A DNA stretch of 64,000 nucleotides from Octopus sinensis (Eukaryota): the NCBI RefSeq assembly GCF_006345805.1, contig NC_043007.1, forward strand, positions 48,794,001 to 48,858,000. Reading direction: 5' to 3'. The notes beneath the pieces were generated by a model. The model was given only the letters and a program-made list of their open reading frames with translations. It was not told the origin of the DNA and searched no databases. Position 1 is the stretch's first letter. Each line of letters opens with the position of its first letter. The position numbers and the translations under genes are program-made. Positions 1 to 12,830 of the stretch are shown here, piece by piece.

Positions 1-181
1 GTGCAACATGTAAATACTGCAGTTAATCTAGCTTTCCATGAGATATCTGCATTAAGTATGGTACACAGACTGCTATTTTAAGCTAATCTATCGCAACATC
101 AGTGATTTTTTTTTTTCAATTAGTTTTCCTATATCAGTGGCAATAGATTTTGTCTTAGCATGTGGTTGCCAATGGATACTT

Positions 182-223
182 GCTACTGATGGAGCCCCAA
201 AGAGGCAGAAATGAACATTTAGC
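182..223 (+). ncRNA. Degenerate type I hammerhead ribozyme motif
   Basis: GCTA-CTGATGG-A-GCC(CCAAAGA)GGC-A-GAAA-TGAACA-TT-TAGC; stems I, II and III all pair; A9 is G. Confidence 0.6.
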
Positions 224-364
224 CATGCCACCAAAACTGCTGGACAATTTTCATCTGTAATCAATATATTTTTGCGTTTTTAACATTGTACATCCACAAG
301 AGATACCTTCTTAGGATGAATATTACACTTAATATGGATTTTCATGATGTCTCTACATTAAGTA

Positions 365-401
<37 letters not shown>

Positions 402-718
402 CACAAACACACACACACACACATACATATATGTGTGTGTATGTGATGATTGTAAATAAGCATCATCATACAAGCAATGTTGTTTCCAGTTTTCCATGAA
501 AAACATGGAATATATTAACTTACTTGGCAACAGGAAGGGCATCTGGCTATAGAAAAATCTGCCTCAACGAATTCTGTCTGGCCTGAGTAAGCATAGAAAC
601 GTGTGAGTTACACAATGATGATAATGATGTGTGTGTGAACATGCACAGATAATTATGTGTTTTATGAGCTGAATGTATGTCCTTAGTACTGTAATTTTTA
701 TGTCCAATTTGATTGTAG

Positions 719-806
719 GCTTTATTGTTTTGGAGGGCACGGTCCTGACATAACTGACTTCTTATGTGACAGTGGTGAATATGTTGAAGACGTCAGCAGT
801 GATATG
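719..806 (+). CDS. KLHDC2: Kelch domain-containing protein 2-like, first exon in window (gene is 5'-partial)
   Basis: tgtag|...ATG|gtttgt; encodes LYCFGGHGPDITDFLCDSGEYVEDVSSDM (kelch FGG motif); phase 0 fits next exon. Confidence 0.88.
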
Positions 807-2082
807 GTTTGTATCTAGCTTTTACTCTTCTTATGTTCTCACATAACACATTTTAATATTTCAATTGGTTTTAGAGAATTCTTCATAGACTTTTGTAATG
901 CTCCAGCATGACTTCCAACTAAAGAACCACACAATAGTATGTTTTTTTATCAGATTAGTTTCAAGAAAGTGCTGTTCCCATGGCTTTTGCAGGCCCTCTG
1001 GAACAGGTGAGATTAACATGGTTAAAATTTGTCTTGAGCAGTTGCAGACAAAAGAGAAGGAAAAAAACATTCAGGATGGGAAATACAAAGATCTGACATC
1101 CCAAAGGAAAAGGGTTCTGTTTAGTGATTAGAATGTGTTTAGTAGAGTTGGTTTGGGCTGGAACTAAGATGAGTGATGAGATGAGAGGAGAGGTGAGTGA
1201 ATTGGGAATATCTGAGTAGAGAACACACAAGACCAGCTAGTTTTGAGATGCAGAGGCCACTATAGTAATAATGGAAAACAGAGAGGAGGCATGTATGTAA
1301 TCCACCATGTATCATCATTTACATAACTGCATATCCACCATGGGTCATTATTATGTGAGCAGGGACATTGACAATATATTAAGAAGTCTCTAAAACTTTG
1401 TAGATTCCAACCTACAAAGGTACTTGCTTCTGGTCTCTTAATTTGCTAAAAATAGCATCCAACTGCTAAAAGCAATAGTTGGGTCAAGATAAAGATCCAG
1501 TTTTATGTTCTTGGAGGACTCCACCTTGTCTGTTTCTGTTGTAGGTGAGAATGTCAAAGATGTTGATCGCTTCACTTATCTTGGCAGTGAGATTCATAGC
1601 AGCATTAGGAATAGTGTGTGTATATAACTTTGATAAGTTTCGGCCAGTATAGGCCCAGGCCATGTCTAACTAATATATTAATGATAATATATATAAAAGG
1701 AGATAACTCCAATAACATCATCTAATGTAAATTTTTCTAAAATAAAAGGCAATACAATTAGGAATGGATCTTGCTTTTAGACCCTTTGAAAACACAGACC
1801 TTGCACTGGTTATGTAATCACCATACCTTCCTCATGCACATGGTATGATTTTACCTGCGCATCAACCTCCTTTACTCTCACTATCCCATTCTGCCATACC
1901 TGAATTCCTATACACACCTCACCCTGATCCCATTGCAGTGTAATGGATACACTCCTATACATGCATGCACCCCACACCATTTTGCTTTCCAGCTCCCACC
2001 ACAGAACCCCTAACCTGCTGTGTTTCAACCCTCACTCCAAACACATTTTCTCATTTCCTCTCCTCTTTAATTTTCTTCTCTA

Positions 2083-2118
2083 TCTTCTGATGAAAGACTA
2101 AGATTCTAAATTTCAAGA
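2083..2118 (+). ncRNA. Highly degenerate minimal type I hammerhead relic
   Basis: TCTT-CTGATGA-AAGACTAAGATTCT-AAA-TT-TC-AAGA; stem I TCTT/AAGA; G12 missing. Confidence 0.4.
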
Positions 2119-2295
2119 CTTTCTTTTTAAGTGTTAAATTAATACATTTGTTAAAACTTGTCCCACTTATATTGTCTTCTTTCTTTTCATGTCCATTGCC
2201 TTTCTCACACACACACATATGCATGTTATGTATCTGTCTGTACGTGCAACGCATAAGTACCTATATATTTGCTATATTTCTTTATTTTTCAACAG

Positions 2296-2373
2296 TCTTA
2301 CCCTCGTGGCTGGAACAACCAACTCCTGATATTTGACTGTGACCTACATCGTTGGTCAAATCCAAAATGCACT
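2296..2373 (+). CDS. KLHDC2: KLHDC2-like exon
   Basis: aacag|...|gtaagt; SYPRGWNNQLLIFDCDLHRWSNPKCT resembles human KLHDC2 PRGWNDHVHILD...WSQP (recalled). Confidence 0.92.
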
Positions 2374-2414
2374 GTAAGTATATATATATTGCCATATTTC
2401 ATTACATAACAGTT

Positions 2415-2497
2415 ACCTCTGATGAGCACAGGGTTACATAATCGGACTGTTACCTAATACTCTGTTGAAACCCTAGTGCAAAACCGATTGGTAAGAT
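2415..2497 (+). ncRNA. Type I hammerhead ribozyme relic with long stem II
   Basis: CTGATGA 2419-2425; stem II GCACAGGGTT/AACCCT(A)GTGC; AAAA in place of GAAA; near-palindromic stem III ACCGATTGGT; GTA site. Confidence 0.75.
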
Positions 2498-3759
2498 CGG
2501 CCGTGATGGATATATAATACTTCGATTAATATATACATTTATATTTTTTACACATTTCCTAATATTTTAAATTTCTACTACATTACTCCCTGTGGGGTTT
2601 TATCTCTTGGCTAGCTTTTCATTTGTATGACTTAGTTTAGTATTACTTCTGAGCAAAACATGAATGTGACATCTTTTCAGCTCACCCCTAGAGCTTTAGT
2701 CCTTTAGCATTCAGATTGATTAACAAAGACTCTTTCCCTAACAAATGCGCTGTCTTTTAGACTATTTTATATTTACTACAATAGCTTCTACTCTCTGAAC
2801 TAGCTCCCACCTCACTCAAAGAACCCATCTGGCACACTTGTTTCTCTGCTCTAGATACCCCTGTATCTCATATTATTGACCCTCGCAGATCCCACACTAA
2901 TCACTTTTTATTTGCCCAGTCTTTACCTTAATGAATGTCAATACTCTGTAATTTCTGCACTTCCACCCAGTTTTACCTGCAGTTGTTTATGTTGAACATA
3001 AACTGCATCAGTCTCTCCATACTCAGAGAAAAAAAAATCATAAGAGCTGGCCCTTGCCCTTGATTAAACCCTTAAAGACATGTAAATTACTATCATTTTT
3101 ATGTCTGTTTTTCCACACTTTCACCAGTTTTTCCTTGTCTTCCTCTCCCACAGGTCACTTTCATTTGAACCCTTGGTACTTCTTTACCCTGTGATCCCCC
3201 TCCATACACATCACATGTCCACACTACTTTTCATTTTATACTCAGTTTTTCCCTCAGATCATTTGTGCTCTCTTGTTCATGTACTCTAACATTACACATC
3301 CAGCAGGGCATGCTTGCCTCATTTTCTGCACATCCAGTACATTCAGTGTTCCTGTTTCATTACCATACAAAATAATACTTCATACATAAACATCATACAA
3401 TCCAATCTTAACTCAGATAGAATCCCTTTGTTACCAGCCAAAGTAAAAGCTCCCTTGATTTTTTTCCCATCCTAATCTTATTTTGGCTATTCTGTTTTCA
3501 AATTACTTATCTCCATTATTGGTCATCTTGACAAAAGAAGCTTTCAATTACTTCTATGAAACCTCCCATGTTCTTATTGCCAGCTGTTTTGTGTATCTTC
3601 CTTGTCATTCTGCCAATGGTCTTAGCTGCACCTTTTGTGCACCCATAATTTACATTATGCACACTATATAGAATTCCTACTAACATATTGGCCACTTCCC
3701 AGTCAAGTTCTGTTTTCTTGCTAATCAAAATTTTTTGATCTTTGCTAGGTATACTTCGA

Positions 3760-4994
3760 GGCCTCTCAATTCTAGGTTTACTAACTTGTTTTTTAAATTT
3801 GTTTTGAAAACCTTCAACATTTTCAGCCTTAAGAATTAAGTCATTGGAACACAAAGACAGCTATAAAAGCAGGTAGTAATTTTACTTTGTACTTATTCTT
3901 AGTGCAAGTTTTGAAGAGTGCAGTTCGATTTTAACAGTTATTTTTTCAAAGCTATAATGGAAGTGACAAAGGAATATATTTGGCATATTTTGCTTTATGA
4001 GTTCAATAAAGGCAACAACGCAATGGAAAGTGCGAGGAGTGTTAATGTAGTATATAGGGATCAGAAAATAAGCATAAGCCAGTGTCATCAGTTGTTGCAG
4101 AAATTCTGAGCTGGAAACTACAGTCTAGAAGACGAGCCTTGTCCTGGAAGATCTTTAGAGCTCAACAAGGACATCCTGCAAACCCTGGTAGAACAACATC
4201 CCATCGTAACTGTTGAACTCGCATAGAAGCTTGGATTTGGTCATTCAACCATTCATTGACACCTGTGTGCCATCAGAAAAGTCTGTAAATTGGGTCAATG
4301 GGTTCCCCACAGACTTTCTGAGTCTAATAGCGTGCAGAGAGTGAATGTGTGCTCTTCTTTGCTGTCATGTCTCACAAAGGAACCTTTTTTGGATCAAATA
4401 GTGACTGGTGACAAGAAATGGGTTCTCTATAAAATTGTCAAGTGCCAAAGACAGTGGGTAGGGAAAGGAGAAACACTAGCACCCGAGGCTAAAGAAGGTT
4501 TTCACCCATGGGATATGAAAGGTTTAGTCCACTTTGAACTTTTAAACCCAAACCAAATGATAACAAAGGAAATCTGCGAGCAGCTTAAGTCAACACTAGA
4601 AGTAAAACAAAGGTGAAAGGTGTTCTTCCATCAGCATAATGCTTGGCCACATACAGTGAGGATGACATTTCAAAGGCTTGAGCAGTTTGAATGGGAAATG
4701 ATGCCTCACCCACCATATTATCATTAGATATTGCCCCATCTGATTATCATTTATTCTGCTGTCTTCAAAACTATTTGAACAGAAAATATATGAATTCTGT
4801 AGACAAGGTCAAAATGGCACTGGAGGAATATTTTTCATCATGGACAAGTGAATTTTGGAAGAGGGGCCTTGCGAGTCTACCAGATAGATGGAAGAGCATT
4901 GTAGAAAGTGAAGGAGAGTACATTTTAGATTAAAAAAGAACTTTATCTTAACATTGAAAAGTATATAAAAACCACATTATGAGATAACCCAATA
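3760..4994 (+). mobile_element. Decayed mariner (DD34D, Mos1/SETMAR-like) transposon
   Basis: MEVTKEYIWHILLYEF, WVPHRL, IVTGDKKW, DIAPSDYHLF, EGEYILD*; stops and frameshifts; 3' TIR-like end ...taacccaa|ta; 5' TIR not found. Confidence 0.92.
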
Positions 4995-5224
4995 CACACA
5001 CACACACGCGCGCACAACTGGGTTCTTCAAATTTCAGTCTATTAAATCCACTCACAAGGGTTTGGTCTGCTGCAGCTATAGTAGTAGAGAGGCTTGCCTG
5101 AGGTGACATACAGTGAGACTAAACCTGAAACAATATGATGATTGGGATGTAAACTTAACTGCACAGCCATGTCTATGCCTATATATGCTATATCTCTGTG
5201 AATATACAAGCTGCCCCAAAACTC

Positions 5225-5447
5225 ACCCTTCAGCATTCAGATTTCTCTCTCGAATGTAATGCTTATTTATTCAAATTGTTTTGAATTAAGCATGCATTAT
5301 CCTGTAGCTTTGCGATTTCAATGATGTGATTGTTTATTATCAGAATGACATCACAGGGTAGGTGTGAGAGGCCAATCTGACTGGTTTGGACGTAGAAGCG
5401 ATTGAATATTTTGGCTGGATATGGCTGGTTTAAATGCTAAAGGGTTA
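5225..5447. mobile_element. Short TIR element (TTAA/piggyBac-like MITE); sister copy at ~28328-28548
   Basis: acccttcagcatt...aatgctaaagggt ends; internal similarity to the 28.3-kb copy. Confidence 0.7.
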
Positions 5448-5576
5448 CTAAAATTATCCATAAATATTTAGCATTAAGAAATATTTCATTTATAGTCTCT
5501 TGTGGGACATCTGATGTGATCCAACTTGTGGATAGAACATTAGTTAATAATGACATTACACTTTTATTTTCTCTAG

Positions 5577-5713
5577 GGTGAAGTGCCATCCCCTCGAGCA
5601 GCTCATGCTTCCACGCGTATCGGTAATAAAACCTATGTATTTGGTGGCCGACATCTCTCTAAACGCATGAATGATTTATATTGCCTTGATTTAGATACAC
5701 TCCATTGGACCAA
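5577..5713 (+). CDS. KLHDC2: KLHDC2-like exon
   Basis: ctctag|...|gtgagt; GEVPSPRAAHASTRIGNKTYVFGGRHLSKRMNDLYCLDLDTLHWT matches PSPRAAH...FGGR....RMNDL. Confidence 0.95.
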
Positions 5714-5859
5714 GTGAGTTTGTTTCATTTTGTTTTTTGCTTTTCTTTTGTCACTATACTGTTGTACAGTGTTGTCTAACTGTAGATCACTTCTGATTGA
5801 GCAAGCATGTGTTATATGATGTTATTTAACCCTAGTTTAGTCCTGATTCAGCAGACCTA

Positions 5860-6120
5860 TAATTGTTGTTGGCATCCTTTTTGTCTCGGGAGACAATGGA
5901 GTTGCGCATAAAATAGTCCAGTCCGGCTTTTACATTTCATGTCCTGATACATTTCCTGCTATGGCTGTGTAGTCCTATCCTGGACAAACACTCCCTCTGG
6001 CAGGTACCGCAAATGTAGCGAAGACTGTTCCTGGCTGGTTGTAGTGTCATAGTTTCTTGTTGACGTCTTTTCTTGTCTTTCCATTTCTCCTCTCTTTCTC
6101 CATCACTCCTTTGTATTCCC
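5860..6120 (-). mobile_element. RTE/BovB-like LINE 3' fragment
   Basis: C-terminal C2H2-like CGTCQRECLSRIGLHSHSRKC followed by short 3' UTR and (caa)n tail. Confidence 0.8.
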
Positions 6121-7705
6121 TCTGCTGCTGTTGTTGCTGCCATTACTACTGCTGTTACCACTGCCTCTGCTACTGCTGATAGTGATATTGCTGCTGCTAC
6201 TACAACAACCTATAATTAACCCTTTTGTTACTGCATTTCTGTTGAAATACTCTTTGATTTCAATTAATTTTGAAAACAATGAAGAATTTAGTAAAATAAC
6301 TTAGTCGTTATTAATCTGGTGTTTGGAACATAAATTAACATGAAATTTTGATGAAAGGTTTTCATTTCAGTAACTTTAAATCTAGAAGTTTGTATCCTAG
6401 AACTAGGGCTAGTAGGTATTCCAAGCTTGACCATCCTGTTCTATTCTTTTAATATTTTTATATTTCTTTTTATGAACATAAAATCTCAGTGTGCATTTCC
6501 ATTAGTACACTTAGAGACACAAGACAGTATGATACAGTTTGAGTGAAATGTAGATGTTATTTCTAGCACATTTTTCAATCATGTAAGAAGCTCACTCATT
6601 GATTTATGTTATACTATATTGATGATGATGATGATGCTCGCTCATATAAAGTGAAATTAAGAAGCAATGTTTCAAGTATTATTTTATTGAGAATGGCAAA
6701 AGTTGAGTACCTTGAGGTTGGCAGGTTTAGGGTAGAGGAAAGACCAAATGAAGGATGGAAGAAGACAGAAATAGGTGAGAGTTATTGATGTTTAACCCCT
6801 GGTCAGTCAGCTCTGATCATGAAGACTTATACTCAGTTATTCCAGTTATGACTATTCTGCCTCTTTGTATATCCATGGCCACATTATCAAGTATGGCTGC
6901 TATTTCTAGCAGGTTAAGTTACTGCATAAGAGTTTCCTTCTTGACTCTAATAGTGATTGTAAAAGTACTGTATAACATTCTTTTATAATCTCATCAGGGT
7001 GGAGCTGAACTTGAGAAATGAGGTTAGTTTGAAACAAGAAAGAAGCAATGGAGAAAGGATGAAAGGTGTGTTTCTAATGTTTTTGTTGGATGAGAGCATT
7101 GGGAAAATGGACATAAAATGTCTGTATAATGTTGTCATGGAGTGGGGCTATCATCTTACTTTATTATTGAGACTTGTTGAAATCTTTTGAAGTCTTTGAT
7201 ATTCAAGACTACTTTGAGTTCCTAATATTAAAGCCATCTGTTCTAATTCTTTTCATATGAATCCACCTTAGACCACCCCTGGTGCTATGAATCAAACTTC
7301 CTATTTTAAAGTGATTTAAATTTAAAATCTTCCTTCAACATTTCATATTATGTCCCAAACACCTGCTTAATAATCTTTAATTTGTGTGTCTTTTGACTGC
7401 AGCCATCCTTGGGTATTGCCTTGGAATTTTAGTCAAATGTATCGACATGAGTACTTATTTTTTACACTGCCAATCTCTTGTGTCAAACCACTAAGTTACA
7501 AGGATGTAAACATACCAGCACCAGTTGTCAAGCAGTGGTGGACAAACACAAAGAAACTAACACACAGAACAGGCTTCTTTCAGTTTCCATCTACCAAATC
7601 TACTTACAAGGCTTTGGTCAGCCTGGGACTATAGTAGAAGACATTTGCCCAAGGTGCCATGCAGTGGGACTGAACAAAGAACCATGTGGCTAGGAAGCTA
7701 GTTTC

Positions 7706-7932
7706 TTATTTCCTTGTTGCCCATGAGGGGCTAAACATAGAGGGGACAAACAAGAACATAAAAAGGAATTAAGTCGATTACATTGATGCCAGTGCGTAAC
7801 TGGTACTTAATTTATCGACCCCGAAAGGGTGAAAGGCAAAGTCGACCTCGGCAGAATTTGAACTCAGAATGTAATGGCAAACAAAATACCGCTAAGCATT
7901 TCGCCCAGCGTGCTAACGATTCTGCCAGCTCC
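7706..7932 (-). mobile_element. SINE (family B); further copies at 14745-14925 (+), 55720-55930 (-), 59325-59525 (-)
   Basis: Shared tggcagaatcgttagcac...ctgagttcaaattc...gtcgactttgcctttca...gtcgataaa sequence. Confidence 0.85.
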
Positions 7933-8334
7933 ATACAGCCACACCTGCACCTAATGTCAAAGATATTTCACTAAATTTCTTATTTTTAAAATTAATTGAA
8001 ACAGTCAGTGTCTTTCAAAAGAAATATGGTAACAAATGGGTTATGAATGTTGTCTAAATCAAAACCTTATTTCATAATTTTTTATGTGTCTTTTTGTTAG
8101 ATTCCAAACACCAGTTTAATAATAACAAATTAATTATTTTTAGTAAGTCCTCCAAATTTTTTGTTACATTTTTATAATTAATTGACTTAATAGATGGTAA
8201 TTTTATAAGAAATATCTTCTTTACAAATTCATAAATTGATGATATTATTTAAAATGTTCAAATCTTATGACATTATTATTATTATTGATGCTGTTGTTGT
8301 TCTTGTAATCCTAACTCGTAATATCTCTTGGCAG

Positions 8335-8447
8335 GCCTCAGATAACAGGTCATGTCCCTTGTGGCAGATCTTGGTGCTCTTTCACAGCTGTTTCTCCCAC
8401 ACGCATTCTTTTGTGCGGAGGTTTTACTCAGGATAATCAACCTTTAG
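8335..8447 (+). CDS. KLHDC2: KLHDC2-like exon
   Basis: ggcag|...|gtaaca; PQITGHVPCGRSWCSFTAVSPTRILLCGGFTQDNQPL matches GRSW.S...GGFT.D.QPL. Confidence 0.93.
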
Positions 8448-9731
8448 GTAACAACACCCACCTTTTTTTATCTCTAATGATGGCATCATCTGCCTTGATA
8501 ATGTCTGTGTCTGCCTGATAATATCTGTGTTTGTGCCTGTTTGATAATGTCTGTCATCATCATCATTTAACTCCATTTTCCATGGCATAGGTTGGACAGC
8601 TTGACCAGAGCTGGCAAGGACAGTGGTCACACCAGGTTCCATATTTTGTCCTTAATGGAAGAAATAGATGTAACAGTGTATCTGACAAATGACCCAGGTT
8701 ACCGGGGCATCATTTGTGATAAATGTTCAGTAGGATATCTAGTGAACTGACAGGACACCTGGACTTCAGTTGTGATAGATTTTTAAGATTTTTAGTAGAC
8801 TGACAGGGAAGCAAGTCTTCATCTGTGATAAACATTGATTATGATTTTAGTCCGGCTGACATAGTACAAGGGCTTTTGTCGTAATAGATATACAAGCGTA
8901 AACAATAAGAATACCTATGTAATGGAATTTATGATCTATTTAGCTCACTAGACATTGTTCTGTTACTATGGTAGCCTACTTAGTGCATTGTAGTGATGGT
9001 AAGTAGATGCAGAGATAGTAGTGCAGCTAAAGTGTGGAGGGTATAGGGATAGTTCAGAGATCTGTTGCTTCTGTAGAAAATAAAGGCTTCCTTTCTGTGT
9101 AAAAAGTAGAACCACATACTAATGAGAGATGGACATTAAATGTATTAACCTACATAAGAGGTAGTGTACGAGAGAGAGGGAGATTGGGTATTAAAAATAT
9201 AAGCTGAGGTATGCAGGAAGAATGATTGTGTGGGAATGATGCATATAGCTGATAAATGAGTGTGGGCAATGTCTATTTTCTGACATTGAAGGATACCTGT
9301 AACTGGAAACCCAAGAATTAGAATTCATGGCTAGAGGTGGGGTTAAATAGATCTGAGGGTTTTGGACCTGAAAAGTTTGTGAGTTAATGCAGGCTTTAAA
9401 GGAATGTGATGTGCCGTATCACAGACTACTACACTATACCAGCATAGAAATTATCACTACCACTGTCACCACCATCATCATGATTACGTACTTTATTCTA
9501 CTGGTTTTCACATGTTGAATCATTGAACTGTGCAACATATATATGCAGAACATAGACATTAATGCAGAGATGCATGGAGACAAACTCATAGATGCTCACA
9601 TTGTGCGCGTGCGTGCACACACACACACACACACACACACTAACATTAGAATGATAATCACCTTCATCATAATATTTTCTAGGAGTGTTTCTCTCTCTTG
9701 CTATCCTGTGCTACTCTTCTTTATTTTTCAG

Positions 9732-9892
9732 CTGATATCTGGTTATTTGATGTAACTACTTTTAGCTGGATAATCTATGAGATGTCCTTCTCTATACCCC
9801 GCCTCTGGCATTCCTGTTGTGTCACTCCAGATGATGACGTCATCATATTTGGAGGTTGTTGTAGTAATATTTTGGATTATACCCAAAAAGCT
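9732..9892 (+). CDS. KLHDC2: KLHDC2-like exon
   Basis: tttcag|...|gtaagt; DIWLFDVTTFSWIIYEMSFSIPRLWHSCCVTPDDDVIIFGGCCSNILDYTQKA (PRLWH, VIIFGGC). Confidence 0.95.
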
Positions 9893-10900
9893 GTAAGTAA
9901 TAATAATTTCTTCTACCTTCTTCTGCAATGTCTTGTTGTCCTGGTGATGATGCTGTTGTGTTATGGTCTCAGAAAATTTCAGTTGGCAATACAGTTTCAA
10001 ATCTTAGTTGGAGATTTACATCATTAACATTCTAAAGTGGGGCTATAATGAATGCCATAACTTCCACTTCTGCACTTATAAATAAAATGAGGTTTCTTCA
10101 GGTTCACCTGCCTGCTAAGAATGGCAGCCAAATCTTCCTGAAAAGGGGTCATTGGAAGGCAGTCTGGGGTTCACTATGCCTGAAATGAATAAATGGAATA
10201 GTTATGGTTGGAATACCATTTTTGTCATATATCTGCTCAGTTAGGGCATACCTTGGGCTTAGCTTGATGCTGACTGAGTGTTCTTTCAATCTGAATGCCC
10301 ATTTTTGCTGGTTGAGTGAAATGAAGCCAACATGAAGTAAAGTGCCTTGCCTAAGGATACAATGTTTCCCAGCCTGGGAATCGAACCCATAACTTTGTGA
10401 TTGAGAGTCCAGTTATCTTCTGGCTTGTAAAGCATTTCAAATGGCATCCAGACATAGAAACTATGCCAAAACATATGTTGGAGTTCAACATAGTCATGTC
10501 CTCTGGCTCATTGGATCCTGTCAAATCATCTAGCCCATGCTAGCATGGGTTACAGATGCTAAATGATAATAGAAAGGAAGACACTTGTCCAAGGTGTGAA
10601 CCTTGAACCACATGGTTTGGAGGCAAACTTCTTAACAAAACAGTCATGCCTATGCCTTGTATTTGTTAATGCAGATTGTTTTCTTCGGATATTTTTGTGG
10701 AAAAATGCACCTCATAAGCAATGAAATGATAAGAAACCCTTGATCAGATGTTAGGGCCCTGATATATAGTAAGTAACTGATAAATTGGCTTAGCTGTCCA
10801 AAAGACCTGAATATCGTAATTAATTAATCCATTACTCTTCCTTCTTATCTCTATTGTGTGAAATTTTGTATCAGAAAGTATTTGTTTTTCATGTTTTTAG

Positions 10901-10953
10901 ATCCACACAAACGAAGTAATACAATTCCGGATCAAACCAAAGTCTCTTTTGCA
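10901..10953 (+). CDS. KLHDC2: KLHDC2-like exon (start of BC box)
   Basis: ttttag|...|gtaagt; IHTNEVIQFRIKPKSLLQ resembles HSNEILIFSVQPKSL. Confidence 0.92.
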
Positions 10954-12005
10954 GTAAGTTAACTTTTTTTTTTCTACATGGTGGTTACTATCATATCCCA
11001 CTGTTTTTATAACCATTCCACTGTGTCTTCAGTTATTCTACTTCACATTTGTTAGCCCTGACATTGCCTTTGTTTGTGGTCATTACTTAGGGGAGAAAAG
11101 ACAACACTAGTGACCATTTTCTGAGGTCTCTAAGACTTAAGGGAAGAAATTACATCCAACCAAAGACCAGAGTGAATGATGACTTTGCTAAAGTCACCCA
11201 GTGACCAGGTAATGGTGTGAGGTTAATAGATAAACGCTACCACCCATGAACTAGAATATCTCCAACAAGCTTCCATCTAGTTTTCATCTACCAAATTTCA
11301 GTCACAAAGATTTTGCCAACTGAAGACAATACTAGAAGATACTTACCCAATGTGCCACATAATGGGATTGAACTGAAAACCAAGTAGTTGCAAAATAGTG
11401 TTCTTAATCACACAACCATGCATGTACCATTGTTTCTACTTGATTGACATGGCACTTGTTGATCTATCATTACTACTTGAAAATTATTAAGTTATCCCAA
11501 CTTGTTGACCCACGAATCAACTCAACAAGGAAACCTCTGTATGGCTGTGTGACAGCACAAAAATCCCTTAAATCACTCTCTGTGTCATAGAAAAGGGACA
11601 CTGGATAATGTGGTCCTTAGCTACACTGTGCCTTCAAAAGAGATGGGATAGAATGACACTGGCTATAAGATCTGCTTCATCAAGGTTGACCTGAGGCTAA
11701 ACAACAACCAATCTACAATTGAAAAAGCACTTCCCCAATTAATTTTGATGGGCTGTGTGGAAAATGATGATGTTAGGAAAGTAATTGTTAGAATAGTTTC
11801 ATGTTTATGGGTAGTGGCAGGGACCTCTATCTCATCACCCTAGATGTCCATTCTTCTAAAACAAATATTCAATACCTGTGCCACTGTACATGACTTTCAG
11901 AAGTAGGAGTATATGAATTTGAATTTTGAATCATAATAAATGCCAAGAGAAATTACTCATGTGCATGCAGGAATGTAAATGGGTGTCAAATGTTGTGAGT
12001 GGGGT

Positions 12006-12630
12006 CATCATCATCATTTAGCATCCATTTTCCATGCTAGCATGGATTAGATGGTTTGACTGGGACTGTTAAGCCAAAGAGCTGCACCAGGCTCCAGTCT
12101 GTTTTGGCTTGGTTCCTAGAGCTGGATGCCCTTCATACTACCAACCATTCCAAGAGCATAGAGGGTGCCTTTCATCTATCACTAGCACAGGTGCCTCTCG
12201 CACGCCACTGGTACAAGTGCCTCTCATACGTCACCAGCACAGGTGCCTTTTCCATGTCACTGGCACTGGCCACAACTATGATTTCACTTAGCTTGACATG
12301 TCTTTTCAAGCACAGAAAATTGCCAAAGGTCTGTATCACTTACCATTGTCTCCATGAGACTCAACAGCCAAAGACCATGCTTCACCACCTCATCCCATGT
12401 TTCCCTGGCTCTTCCTCTTCCACAGGTTCTCTCCACAGTTTGAGATCAGCACTTCTTTATGCAGCTGTCCTCATCCATATGCATCACATGACTATACCAG
12501 CACAGTCATCTTGCTTGCATACACAATTGAAGCTTCTTATGCCCAATTTTTCTCTCAAGATGCTTAAAATCTGTTATATGTGTACTCTGACATTGCACAT
12601 CCAGTGAAGCATATTAACTTCATTTCTTAT
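12006..12630 (-). mobile_element. 5'-truncated RTE LINE
   Basis: Reverse complement of the 3' part of the 38930-42570 element, with (gat)n tail. Confidence 0.85.
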
Positions 12631-12830
12631 TTGTGTCTGATGGTGTTTAAAATATATTCAGCTAACATTAGTTGTTGAAGTTTTTCATGCTAATGATTAA
12701 TCAGAAGTTTCTTATTCTGTTTTACTCTGAAACTAAAAATGTTAGCAATTCTCATTGGAATTTTTGTTGAGATTCAAGCCTTTGTTAATTAGTTCTTTTG
12801 TTTTAAATTACAACTTTTTTATTTTTTTAG

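Noticed and set aside
1630-1672. Minus-strand GGCC...GGCC-GAAAC hammerhead-like stem
   Set aside because: CUGANGA not recognisable
8305-8334. U12-type intron (tcctaac near the acceptor)
   Set aside because: Upstream donor is GTGAGT (U2 type); the motif fits an ordinary CTAAC branch point
12056-12607. 183-aa ORF
   Set aside because: Antisense frame of an RTE 3' fragment; similar peptides recur at other copies
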